Positions 33,266-48,378 of a stretch of 64,000 nt of DNA are shown here, in pieces. The number at the start of each line of letters is the position of its first letter. The stretch's first letter is position 1. A model generated the notes under the pieces. It made no database searches, was not told the origin of the DNA, and saw nothing but the letters and a program-made list of their open reading frames with translations. Source of the DNA: the human T2T-CHM13v2.0 reference genome, Homo sapiens; assembly GCF_009914755.1 (NCBI RefSeq), contig NC_060939.1; one strand, written 5' to 3'. Both the position numbers and the translations under genes were made by a program.

Positions 33266-33467
33266 GGAGTTTTGCTCTTATTGCTCAGGCTGGAGTGCAA
33301 TGGCGCGACAGGCATGTGCCACCACGCCTGGCTAATTTTGTATTTTTAGTAGAGACGGGGTTTCACCATGTTGGTCAGGCTGGTCTCAAACTCCCGACCT
33401 CAGGTGATTCGCCTGCCTTCGCTTCCCAAAGTGCTGGGATTACAGGCGTGAGCCACTACGGCCAGCC
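33161..33467 (-). mobile_element. Rearranged Alu with (TG)n tail and duplicated 3' end
   Basis: TSD AGTTACAGCT at 33151 and 33468; (TG)n-CGGAGTTTTGCTCTTATTGCTCAGGCTG occurs twice. Confidence 0.92.
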
Positions 33468-34377
33468 AGTTACAGCTGCTCTTAACGGTTAGATATCTTT
33501 CTATACCTTTTTTTCTACATGTATGAAACGCACTGTCACTATCAAGAACAACAGTGCTATGCATTTTGTAAGCCTTCGTGTTGTAATCGGTTATAATGTA
33601 GACAGTGAGTAGATGCCCAGAGTATCTGTGGTGTTGTAATATATTTATCTATAGCTGCGTGTTTTACCTTTCCCCAAGTTTAGATATCATAATGAAGCAT
33701 TTAATTCATGCTTGTTCACTTGCTCTTCATCGCATTACACACTGGGTGATCTAGAAAAGAATGTTAATTGGAAGGGGCCTCCTTGCAGTGAATCCTCAGC
33801 AGCCAGGTAGCAGAACTACTCCTTCTTATGTAACAGTAGCCAGTTTGCAGGCACTCAAACCTCTTCTCCCCTCATGCCACTGCAGTCTGTCAGTTGAATC
33901 TGATAGCAAATGAGCAAATTTAAGAAAGAAAAATCAGTACTACAACTTACTTAACCTAACTCTTTCAACTTCAAACTTTCTCACCTGCAAAATGAGGGCA
34001 AAACTAATTACATACCTCATGAAGTGCTTGTGAGGAGTAACTTAGAGCAGATTGAAAGTTTCCTTAAGAGGAGTCCAGAGCATTTGTTAAAAGTACTATG
34101 CCCGTTTAAGGATCAGTGTTAGATCTGACAGAGTAGTAATGGCCCCAGTCCCCCAAATGGGGTCACGGAGAAGACAAATCATTGCCAAAGCTTAGTTTTC
34201 AGCCTTAGTAATCTAAAGAAAGGAGAGACGTAAAACGTTTAGCTCAACTCTTCATGTTTAAATAAAATTCTGAGTGACATAGCATATAAGACTTGTATTT
34301 GTTTTTGAAGTATTGGGGCATTTGGAAGAGTTTTTCCTTCTTTTTTTTTTAAACTGAAATAATTTTTTCTTCCACAG

Positions 34378-34415
34378 GATTAGATTTCTTTCCTTTCTTA
34401 TCAGGAGACAATCAG
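34378..34415 (+). CDS. PIAS1: PIAS1 38-nt coding exon (~exon 13)
   Basis: ttccacag acceptor and gtatgt donor; (G)LDFFPFLSGDNQ; needed to join a phase-1 donor to the phase-0 last exon. Confidence 0.94.
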
Positions 34416-34888
34416 GTATGTTATGAAAAATTTACTATTATTTTAATTGTACATTAAAAATACAGTCATGCGCCACATAATGACATTTTGGTCAATGACA
34501 GGCCATATATGCATTCCATAAGATTATAATGGAGCTGAAAAATCCCTACATCAATTATAGCCATGGTAACATTGTAGCACAAGGCATTACTCACATGTTT
34601 GTGGTGTTGCTGGTGTGAACAAACCTATGCTGTCAGTCATGTAAAAGTATCACACGTATAATTATGTACAATATAACGATAATAAACAACTCTGTTACTG
34701 GTTTATGCATTTACTATATTTTTTATTGTTATTTTAGAGTGTACCTCTACTTTTTTTTTTTTTAAGTTTGCTGTAAAACAGTGTGCCATGTTATTCCAGG
34801 ACAGCCTCATACATCCCAGTTTGCCACATCTCTTGATTGCATCATTTCCTCTTGTGCTTGATGAAAATCTTGTCTTGTTTTGTTCATC

Positions 34889-36882
<1,994 letters not shown>

Positions 36883-38293
36883 GAAGAGCCTCAGGCAGGT
36901 CCTTCAGTGGGTGTTCCAGAAGATTGTTGTCATAGCAAATGACAGCTCCATGCATGCTATTTTCCCTGAAGACCATGCAGTGGGACAAGCTGTGCAGATG
37001 GAAGACAGTGACATCGATGACCCTGACCTCCCTGTGTAGGCCTAGGCTAATGTGTTGTGTGTGTCATTTTTAACAAAAAAGTTAAAAAGTAAAAAATATT
37101 TTAAAATGTTAAAAATAGAGACTTACAGAATAAGGATATAAAGAAGGAAATATTTTTGTTCAGCTGTACAATGTACTTGTGTTTTAAATTAAGTGTTACA
37201 AGAGTCAAAGTTTTAAAAAATCAGTTTATAAAGTAAAATTAGTTAGCTAATGTTAATTTATTATTGAAGAAAGAAAAATATTTTTAACACATTTAGTGTG
37301 GCCATAGTGTACAGTGTTTATAAAGTCTACAGTAGTGTACAATAATGTCCTAAGCCTCACATTCACTCACCATTCACTCACTGGCTCACCCAGAGCAACT
37401 TCCAGTACTGCAGGCTCCATTCATGGTAAGTGCCCTATACAGGTGTATCATTTTTTTATCTTTTATACCATATTTTTACTGTACCTTTTCTATGTTGAGA
37501 TATACACATACTTAGCATTGTGTTACAGTTGCCTACGGCATTCAGCACAGTAACATGCTGTACAGGTTTGTAGCCTGGGAGCAGTAGGCCAGACCACACA
37601 GCCTAGGTGTGTAGCAGGCTCTACTGTCTAGGTTTGTGCAAGCACACTGTGATGTTTGCACAGCCACAAAACCGCCTAATGATGCATTTCTCAAAACACA
37701 TCCGTGTCATTAAGCGACGCATGACTGTATTTAAAAGTATAATGTGTAGCCAAGAGAAAGATAAATTTCCTTGGAAAACTTAGAGTAATCATACCCATTA
37801 TCATTATGGCTTTAAAATTTAAATAAAAATTCTAACTTTCAGTGGTGCCTGAGTGTATAATAAGAACAGTGTCTGTTGGTTTCCAGTACTGTTTTATAAA
37901 GAAACAGGGCAGTGAGTCATATTGACTGATAGATTTCTTGGCTAAGTATCTCCTTACTAGCAAGAGCATGGACTGTCTGCCCCTCCTGCTGCTTCTGAGC
38001 ATATGCTTCTTGGGAAATAGAATTGGTAATTGCTTGCAATACAAACTAAAACAAAAAACAATAAAATTTATATTTTGTTTTTCCTCCAGTTTCAGATACA
38101 AAAATGTCTTCTCAAGATCAATGCTCCAGTCCTTACATAAGGCCATTTGATTTTGCAAAATGTCTTAGTAAATATTTCAGAAACCCTAGATACTCAGGCT
38201 ATCTTAAATTTAGGGCTGTGTCCCGCTGAGGAGAAAATATATTAATTTGGAAGTATAATTAACATTTTTGTGTCTTTTGTTTCCCCTCCCTAG

Positions 38294-38587
38294 CATTACA
38301 ACACCTCCTTGCTTGCCGCTGCAGCAGCAGCAGTTTCAGATGATCAAGACCTCCTACACTCGTCTCGGTTTTTCCCGTATACCTCCTCACAGATGTTTCT
38401 TGATCAGTTAAGTGCAGGAGGCAGTACTTCTCTGCCAACCACCAATGGAAGCAGTAGTGGCAGTAACAGCAGCCTGGTTTCTTCCAACAGCCTAAGGGAA
38501 AGCCATAGCCACACCGTCACAAACAGGAGCAGCACGGACACGGCATCCATCTTTGGCATCATACCAGACATTATTTCATTGGACTGA
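38294..38587 (+). CDS. PIAS1: PIAS1 last coding exon (~exon 14), Ser/Thr-rich C-terminus and stop
   Basis: ccctag acceptor; HYNTSLLAAAAAAVSDD...IFGIIPDIISLD then TGA at 38585-38587. Confidence 0.97.
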   Translation, partial: HYNTSLLAAAAAAVSDDQDLLHSSRFFPYTSSQMFLDQLSAGGSTSLPTTNGSSSGSNSSLVSSNSLRESHSHTVTNRSSTDTASIFGIIPDIISLD

Positions 38588-41500
38588 TTCCCAGGCCCTG
38601 CTGCTCCCATCCCCACCCCAGATCGAATGAACTTGGCAGAAAGAAGAGAACTTTGTGCTCTGTTTTACCTTACTCTGTTTAGAAAAGTATACAAGCGTGT
38701 TTTTTTTCCTTTTTTTAGGGAAAAAATTAAAAGAAATGTACAGAGAACAAAACTATATTTTCAGTTTTACTTTTGTATATAAATCTAAGACTGCCTGTGT
38801 GATAAAACACTTGTTTAAAAAAAAAAAGGAAAGAAAAGAAAAAAGAAAAACAAGCACCCACAAACCACCTTCAGTTCATTTTTTTCTGGATTCTGAAGAT
38901 TTTTCATTATTTGTCCTATGGTTTTGGTTTTATTTGACTTCGATGGCATTATTTTATTTGCAATAACAGAAAAGGAATTGCATGTATGAAGTTTTCAATC
39001 GTGGGCTTTTCTTTGTTGTGGGGAGGGGGTCGGGGGATAGTTTGATTTCCATTTTCTGAAAACGACAGACTTGGATTCTGTTTGTGTGTGCATATTTTAT
39101 CCAGCCTTAAGTTATAAAGCTCATCTGTCCCGCTGCATTCCCTGTGTATTTTCAGGACATGGCTCGTGGGTGTGTGTGTTCATTGTGTGCGTCTGTATGT
39201 ATTTTTCTGTCATCACTGTTCCCTCTCCTCCCGAGTGTGCATTCAGTTAATATAATCAGTTGCTTGCTTCTTTCAAAGTGCTTTGAAGGTCTTGAACTCA
39301 TGTGTGAGCATCTTTATCAACTATCCCAATTGCATGTTCTCCATCACATATTCTCTTATTTGCTCTGTACCCCCTGAGAATATGTTTTAGAGATATTGGA
39401 ATAAAGCTGTCTGGGTAAGGAGTAGGCTTAGCCGACCTATGAATAATACACTTTAGTCTAGTTCTTTATTCTAAATCTGGATTGCCAGTATTGTGTATTT
39501 AAACCAAGTCTGTGAATACCTGCTTTTTTTGGCCACAGAGTAACAAGTTTTCATGTAAGATCTTCATACCAAAGTAGGAAGTAAAAATAGCTTAGAAAGC
39601 TCTGTCAGGTGTTTTGTGCAGCTGACAGAGGTAATGTTACATCACCTAAAAAAGAAAGATACACGGTCAGTTATCCTAAAAATAAATTGTTTGGAAAGTA
39701 CAATGCACCACATTTTTGTAGAAGTCTACTATTTGATAAACAGTTGAAATTCAAGATGTGTTTGACCCTTAGTCATTTTTACTCTTTGGTTCTGAGTATA
39801 CCTATTTTCTTAGCGTATCTGCCTTGTTTATCTTTTTCTTCACCTTTTAACAAGTATGACATAGGAAAGTCATTTTTTTTTAGAATTCATGGATCAGTCT
39901 GATCTACTCTTATTCATAATGGAACATGTAAATATACTGAAAACTGTTTTTCAGGAGAGAAATATGAGTTGGAGGGAAGGAAAAGTGGTTCTACTTATGT
40001 TCCAAAATCCTCATCAGAGAAGGTATGATGTTCTCAGGTGTGGAAAATATTTTTTAGTTGATTGAGAATGCAGGTTTAACAGAAGAGATAAGGGGCATAA
40101 TGACTGCTGGTTTTCCAGACTGGATTTTCCTACCGCAACTATTAATGTTCTCAGAGTTGATGAGGACCACCTTTGTGTATACACTTGTAGTTTTAAACCT
40201 TGCATTGGTAACAAAATGATCAACTTTAATCCAGGTAGAATTCAAGATGGCTGTACTTCAGTTGTATGATAAAATTAATGGTTCTCATGACTTGTGTGGC
40301 ATCTAAAAATAATGTTTTTATAGCATCTCTCTGCCACTAAATTGTTGACTTGAATTTTGGGAAAAAAAAAAGTTGGTGTTGATATGTATATGTGTGTGTG
40401 TATATATGTATTTATAAACAAGTGTGTTTGAGTAACAAGTGAGTTTCATAGTCTTCCCCTACGCATGTGTATTCCACACACAAATGGCTGAGTTATAGTC
40501 ATAAAACAATTTGCAATAAAAAAAAAACCAAAACAGATTGTCAGTTAACCAGGAAACAGTTAATGTTTTTTAATGAATCTGGCATTATAGTGAGCAAATG
40601 TCGTATTAATTTAGGCTAATTTCTAATACTACCATAATTTGTGTCTAAATTTCTGTTGGGGTAGAAATTACTAAAATTGTGGGGAGTTTTTTCTGATTTT
40701 TACATTGCTTTAGGAAACATTTTTACTAATTCAGCTGTCTTAGGTAAAATGAATAGTTTTCTTCCTGTTTTTTTATGTGTCATTGTTAGTGGTCTCAGAA
40801 TTCTGATCAGTAACTTTGTGTATGATGCTGAATTACAAACCGTTTGAATGATCCAGTTGAAAACGTATCCCTCTACTTTCTTCAGTTGTAGAAAAGGTTA
40901 ATTTCCCTCAGTGTCCCACATTATACCAACCTAAGAGAAGAACAGGTAATAGGGAGAAATAAACATACGGTGGTTTCAGTGGTTTTGGTCATGTGTCCAC
41001 AGGAGAAACTAACCATTCAGTTGTCTTAATTTTAGTTCGTTCTACCCTGTGAGGAGTTTGTTTCCATCAGTTGTTGACTTTCCAAAATGTTGCATTAAGT
41101 AATAGTTGTCACTCTGTTGGTCTCATGGTCAATATCAATCAGACTTTCATGATCTCTACTAATTATTAGTAGAGTCCTGTACTATGTCTGTAACTACTAA
41201 GTTTAAAGAAAAGCACATAGTCACTTCATCTCTTTTTTTCTTAGCCTACGCTCACTCCCCAACCCATCCCAACATTGACATGCTATCTGTGGACAAATAG
41301 CAGTTCTCAGAATCTAGTCAAGTTGCCATCATCCCCCTTGCCTTGGCCGTTCATAGTAGGTATGCATATGTTTGTTTCTGTACAGTACTGTGTGTGTGTG
41401 TGTATATATATATACATCTGTATGCACACATCTTTGATAAAATAGCTATTTGACTAGCAGGGTTAAAGTGGCTTTTAATTACTTCGTGAGTGTTATTGGA

Positions 41501-42215
41501 TACATCTTAAAAAAAAAAAATCTGAACCAGAACCATGCCATACTTGGTTGACTATTTTGAGCATTAAAATTGCTTTACTAATTATTTAGACATGATCACA
41601 ATTCTGTATCTTTACTGAGGAAAGATTCACGTAAGCTCTGAAAAATCGGATTCTTTGGCAGATTTTCCTTTGAGTCAAGTGTCTGAAATGGAGTGAAAAT
41701 ATATCCTAACTAAATTAATGTGGAAAGAGCATTTTTTTAGACAATTTCAATTTTAAACACATAAAACTTTCAAGATCTTCAGGACTTTTTAAAGCACATT
41801 TGAAATTATTTTAGTAAGAATTTTGTTTTATCAATAGATGTTGAATTCTGTTTTTTAATTAAATACAAAGCTTAGATTTCAGAAAGAGAGGGAAAATAGC
41901 TGGTGGTCCCAGAGTGTGCTGCTGTTAATTGTTTAACAAAGGGGAAAATGTACATAAACAGATAAAGTTACCATAAATTCCATGAACTTAAATCTGTGAT
42001 TCATTGCCTTAAAACTTTCTCTCTTAGAATTTCCATACCGCATGCCAAACCAGTAAAATGGCTTTTAAAAATGTATAGTAGACAATGTCAGTTTGTATAA
42101 AAGTACCAAGTGAAAATATTTATTACATGCATTGGAAAAAAATTGTTTACCTATTGAATGTTACCTGTTTATGTAGAGCTCTTTAGATGTAATAAAAGAA
42201 AAGCCTTCAGTTAAT
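38588..42215 (+). other. PIAS1: PIAS1 3'UTR with alternative poly(A) sites; may extend to ~44600
   Basis: AT-rich stretch with no recognisable transposon after the stop; AATAAA at 39400, 39681, 40515, 40958 and 42191; which sites are used cannot be read from DNA. Confidence 0.7.
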
Positions 42216-44553
42216 TTGTCTTCTGTAAAATAACACTGCTGGATGTTCAAGGGGACAATCCCTATGAGACAAGTGATAATGGTTTGTGCTTCCAAAGCAC
42301 CTTTCATCCAGAGATTTCAAAGCATGACAAGTAACTAACTAATTTTCTTGCAGCATGCTTTGAGGTAAGTAATGAATATAGCCATCATTTCCCTTTCTTG
42401 TTGAAATATGGCTAACTCTTTAATAAATCACAGCATCTGTTTAGTATCTGCAGTTTGAATGCTAAGAGCACCGTGGCCTTCTTGTAAACAACACTAGGTG
42501 CTAGAGAAACCAGCTGGAATTTCAGGAATGAGCTTGAAACCAGGACCAGGAGTAAGGTAACAGCCCTTCCTCGGGTAGAGGTTTGAATCAAACACTTAAT
42601 AGGATCTTAGACTCTGGACCACTGAATCCCTTAATGAGCAGGGAGTCCGTGAAGAGGAGCCCCAGGTTCTAATGACCATTCCACACCAACTGTGTGTTTT
42701 TGGCAAGTTATATTTCAGATTCCTGTTAGGCAAATGAGATTCATAAAACTTGCTTTAAAACCATACTGGGACTATTCAGTGATAAATATAGACATAGAAA
42801 AGCTTTGACGGAAAGTACCCTCATTTATTATATCCAGAACTTGCTCTTCCTGTGCCATCTAAATCATTGGTATCTATCTCCCATCTAATCTTTGGTATTC
42901 CAGGTTGGCTGTGCAGGATTTACTTCCTAATGTCCATGACTGGAGCTCAAAAGAACTGTGGGCCTAGGACCTTTGAGCTTTGCCTGAAAGTGACAGCAGT
43001 TCTCTCGGCGGGGCCAGCATCTAACCGGCCCTCTGGTGGATTTACCATGAAGGTAATGAAGTTTAAGCACCAGGACCCTTCACTTGTTCTGGTCCTAGGA
43101 GCAGCCCCAGAAATTCTGCATTTCTGTTTTTGTATTCTTAAGGCAGCCAAATCTCGTAAACCTCAGACCCCACAAAACATCTGCTCCTACACTGTGTGGA
43201 CCTGGGCTTCCCAGCCAGATGGTCACAACTTCACCTAGTTGGCATTTGGGCCATTTATTTACCCTCACCCCACAAAACTCTTTGGCTCCTAGGAATTCCT
43301 CCTCTCCTTGCAGTTATGCTTGGGGAAATGAGAGTCTCCTTCCTCAGGGCCTTGTTTGGGTCTGAAGCCACACAGCATCGTTGAGACAGTTGCACTAACA
43401 CTACAACTCTTGTTCCCTGCAGTTTTCCCTGTGCCCGGTGCCTAGTGAAAGATTTGTGTCTTGTACATCCTCCCAAAAGACACATCCCATTTGATTTGGT
43501 TTTCTTCTACTTTAGCCACTGTGGTACTACTAGACAAAGCCACAGCCCAGAGAACCCACTTTTGATACATACATGGATGCAAATCTTTGTACTTGAAGCC
43601 CTGCACCCCTACCTGTGTTGGTGTGGTACTCCAGCCCTTTTAGGACTGTGCTGGCACTACGAATGATCCAGATTTGACAAGTGTATGGCACCTCTGAATC
43701 TCTGGCAGCACCAACCTGGCACCTTCTAGCTGTGTAACTCACTCAAAGCCACTCCAGCTGGATGGACTCCCAGAAAGCCTAGTGCTCCTACTACTGTTTT
43801 CCAGGGCTGTTGTACCCTGGCCATTGCTGGTTACATCCCCTTATTTCTCTCCGTAAGTCCTGGGGAGGTGGCTTAAGGCAATGACCAGTGTGGGCCACTT
43901 GAGCAGACCATCCCGGAACCTCTCTGCCTGTTAACAGAGCCCAGGGAACAGCTCGGAATTCTCACAGCATTGGAAGCCCCCTTCTTGAGCTCTGCAAGGC
44001 CAGTCAATTTAGCAGCTCACATCTGGTTTCCTTTGGTGTGGGGTGTAAAGTAGATCGCTCTTCCTGCTCTCAGCTGATGCTGCCTCATTGTAGCATGTGT
44101 TTTCACTCTAGTGTTTTCACTCTACACTCTGTGTTTATGAATGAATAGCCTGAGCTATGTCACTATATCTGTTGAGATGGAAATGAGAATTTGTAAATGG
44201 GCCTCTGGCACTGCAAGAATTGTTGTCATAAGTGTTACAGCTTTCTGTTCATTGCTGCTTCTCAGCTAGCACTGGCTTCATCTTGGAAAATCTTGGAAAT
44301 ATGGAAGATGGTTCTAGCCCCCAAATACAGAATAAGTCTCTTGGTAGATTGCCCTTAAGTCATCAGCTCAATCCTTCCTCAACAGGCTCCATGAGGTAAG
44401 AAGTGGGAATCCAGCTTGTGTGGGGGGGCTTTGAGGAGTGAAATGATTTGCCCAAAGTCACAGTGGGAAGCAGCAGAGCCAGGACTGGAACCCAGGCCAG
44501 ACTCCAAATCGCAGGCTCCTTCCATGCTTGAAAGGGCCGGACTCACGGTAGTT

Positions 44554-44582
44554 AATAAAATCAATACAAATCTTTTATTAAA
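44554..44582. terminator. Cluster of poly(A) signals on both strands (PIAS1 distal / CALML4 proximal)
   Basis: + AATAAA 44554-44559; - AATAAA (TTTATT 44574-44579, ~185 nt after the CALML4 stop); + ATTAAA 44577-44582. Confidence 0.7.
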
Positions 44583-44764
44583 GATCTACTCATACCATGG
44601 CTGAAATCATCTATTATTGTTGCTAGTTAGCCTCTCTTCTATAGTTGGGTAATGTTGTCTTGCCACTGTGTTTGCCATCTCTCCCAAGTGAAAAGAACAC
44701 TTTTTAAAAAAAATTAATTGCTCCAAGTTTTCAGGCCCAGGGGAGGCTCTCCCATTCTCCTCCT

Positions 44765-44862
44765 TCAATAGTCCCGTCCAGGAAGGGTGATCTTGTGGAT
44801 AAATTCATCATACTTCACTTTGCCATTGGGTTCGATATCTGCTTCCCTGAAGAGATCATCCA
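44765..44862 (-). CDS. CALML4: CALML4 exon 5 coding part (EF-hand 4, stop)
   Basis: Minus-strand ttgcag acceptor; (V)DDLFREADIEPNGKVKYDEFIHKITLPGRDY-TGA. Confidence 0.95.
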
Positions 44863-45121
44863 CTGCAATAAATCACATTTAATTTTTCAGTTTGGCTTTA
44901 GTGTTCCATTATAAAACAGTGAGTTTTTTGGGGACTGGAGCTCCCCTAAGGTCTTCCCTGAGCGTGCAGTTGACTATTCCTGTAGACCAGGAAGTAAACC
45001 AGTGAACAGAAAGGGACAACCCATCCCTGCACTCCTGAGACCCTTATTCCATTTTGAGCTAATCGGGCTTTCTGCAGGGGCAGGGAGTAGGGAGGTGTAC
45101 TGGTAAGGATTCGGTCACTGA

Positions 45122-45432
<311 letters not shown>

Positions 45433-46802
45433 CACCCTGTGCTTTTATTTTTATTTTTTCATGAAAATATGACCCCTGTGCCCATATTTCTAGAATCCTT
45501 TGGCCTGGAGTTTTTACCTTCCGCAGCTCAGCCTGCAAACAGAGCGAACATCCTCCACAGTCCCAGGCTTCGGCCTGCTCCTCACTTGCCTGCCTTTTCC
45601 CCTAAGCCGGTGCTCCTCACCACCTCTGCCCCCACCCCAAGAGAGGACTTAGTGACAAGCACTGTCTGCTACCATCACCTCTAAAAAAAAAAAAAAAATG
45701 TTTGGGGGATGGGGTTTATATGAGAGAAAAATAAATCCAACTCTGTTGAGAGCTCACAGTATACAAAACAAAACTGCCATTGTTCTCCATCACTCCAAAA
45801 AAAAAAAAAAAATCACTTCATTTGCTTGTTTCTTCTGGTTCTGGATTCCTGGGATAAAATAATAGCTTGTCCCAGGCGTTGGCAAGAGCCATTTCAGCTT
45901 GTATTCTCCACAATGGCCTCTTGGGGTCAACCTACCATGGCTCTTTAGCCTGTCCTCATCTCACTGCCCTGTGTCAACTTCCCAGGCCTGGATACCTTCC
46001 ACACACACACCTCCGGTCGTCAGTTAGAAAATATCCTGTGATTCTCTGCTTAACTATCCTTCTCGAAAGTATAATCACCATGCCTTGGCCTAAGCTGATA
46101 GTAGTTCTGAGTATTTATTGGGAGAATGTTGAGGACAGTATAATTCATCTCATTTTGTGGAGAAGTTTCCACAATCAGCCAGGTGGCTAAAACCATCCTG
46201 GGGGATAGGCCAACATCAGCTCCAGGGCCAGTCACTGCAGCCTCTTCCCATCTGGGCGAGGGACAGCACTTAGCCAGGTGCCAAGTCTGAGGACACCTGA
46301 GTAGAACAGCCTTTCACTCCATCTCACTTCAAAGACCCATAGAAAGCCAAAGTGCTAAAGTCAGCCCATCCCAGGCCTCAGGAGAAGGCTTCACCCACAG
46401 CCATTCCAAGGATGCTTTTTAAACTGAAAATTGTCTTTCGATCACCCAGAAAAAGGATTCCTGCTGCTGGTATCATTCTTCCCATCTCCCGTGGCAAGTG
46501 GGAGGGAAATCGGTGTCCCTGCTTGTCTGGAACACAGCAGTTTCTGTGAAACAGTCCTCTGCTGGTTATTAGAGATGTATGTGAGTCTGGGGCCATGGCA
46601 TTGCTTAGGACAGAGATCATTAACCACAAAAAGAAGGCCCTGCTCCCTCTGCTGACTCCACCTGCTGTCTAGAGGGCCGGGCAGTGTCCTGGGGGGAGTC
46701 TGGGAGGGAAGGATGACCCATGTCTTCCCTATCCATGTGAAAACAGCCACGAGAGGTGAACCTGGAAAAGCTGGGTATGGAGACCCAGCCTGCTGTTGGG
46801 CG

Positions 46803-47006
<204 letters not shown>

Positions 47007-48189
47007 TAAACTCTCTGCACTGTGCCTTAATGGCAGTAGCTAAAATCTGAGCAGAGTGATTTGTAGAGTGGTAGCTCAGAGGGACCTGAGGGGTCACCTA
47101 CTGTACCCTCATTTCCAGCAAGGAAAGCGAGGTGGGAGAAAGGTCTCCTGGCACCCAGGATTCAAACCACAGCCTCAAAGCTCTCCTCCAGTGGTTTATT
47201 GTGATTTAACCAGAGACGGAAAGTCCGTCATATTGAAGCCTCTTTCCAGCACCCACTTGTGGCCAAGCCCAGCTCTCCTGTCCAAACCACAGGCAAGCAG
47301 GGCAGCCTACCTAGAAACCCCAGGCTCTAAGGTCGGGGTCCCTGGCCTCGGGCAGAGGCAGAGCTGGCTGGCTGGCTGCTGCGAACATGGCAGGGCTAGG
47401 CAGGAGGGTCCGCAGGCTGGAAGAACAAAGGCTGTAAATGGCCTTGGCGTGGGGATCCCCTTGACAGTGTACAAAGGGCTTTCCTAGAAGACCCCAGGCC
47501 TCGTCCTGCTCTGAGGCAGGACAGCCTGCTAGGCTGCAGGAAGGTGCAAAGCAAAGACCCCTTTCTCGTGGGGCTCTGGAACCAGGAACCCTGCCTGTCT
47601 CGGCAGTTCTCCAACTGTCCTGGCAAAGTTCCCTCTGGAGCCCCTTTCTGGAAGAGCTTAGAGCAGCCTGAGTTGGAAAGGGAGCAAAGCAGCACCTCAA
47701 TTCGGAAACTCGACCTCAGCAGCAACTGCAGAGACTGCTGTGATGGGAAAAAGGGCAGGGATGTCTAGACCTGCCTTCGCTCCTGCGCCGCTGCTTGGGA
47801 GCCGCTCACTCCCCCTGCTTCTTTATCAGTAGGAGCAGGCATTTGTGCTCCCAGGGGTGTCATGCACTAGATGAAGCCCCACAGTGAGAGCTTGAACACG
47901 GGGAGACCAGACTGCACGCTCCAGCTGCCCTGCCTTGTGGGTTCCGAGCTGGGTTTCCCCTAGGCTGTCCCTTCACCCTGGCAGACCTCCCTGCGCCCTT
48001 CCAGCCCCTCTAGTTCTTCCCCAGGCTCCAGTCCAGCACCCACCTAGTGTGGCATCTGCTCACAGTCTCCTGCGCGCGCATCAACAGAGGTGGTCTGTAC
48101 CACCCTGGTGGCATCAGCTAGGCTTTGGTGCCCTCCTTCCAACTCCCTAACCCCCTCCAACTGTTGGGAGACAGGACCCAGGCTGTTAC

Positions 48190-48378
48190 CTTCCTTGTGG
48201 GTGAGCTTCTCCCCCAGACTCGTGAGTTTTGACCGCAGGTCGGACGCCATGACGTAACCTTTCTTCTCCTTGTCCACCATCAACATGGCTAGAAGAATTT
48301 CTTTCTTTGGGTCTTCTTGTTTTATTTGCATGTGCATAATGGTCAGAAAAGTGGAGAAATCCAGCTCTCCATTTCCGT
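48190..48378 (-). CDS. CALML4: CALML4 exon 4
   Basis: ttcctag acceptor and gtaaca donor; 189 nt; (D)GNGELDFSTFLTIMHMQIKQEDPKKEILLAMLMVDKEKKGYVMASDLRSKLTSLGEKLTHKE, calmodulin-like. Confidence 0.96.
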
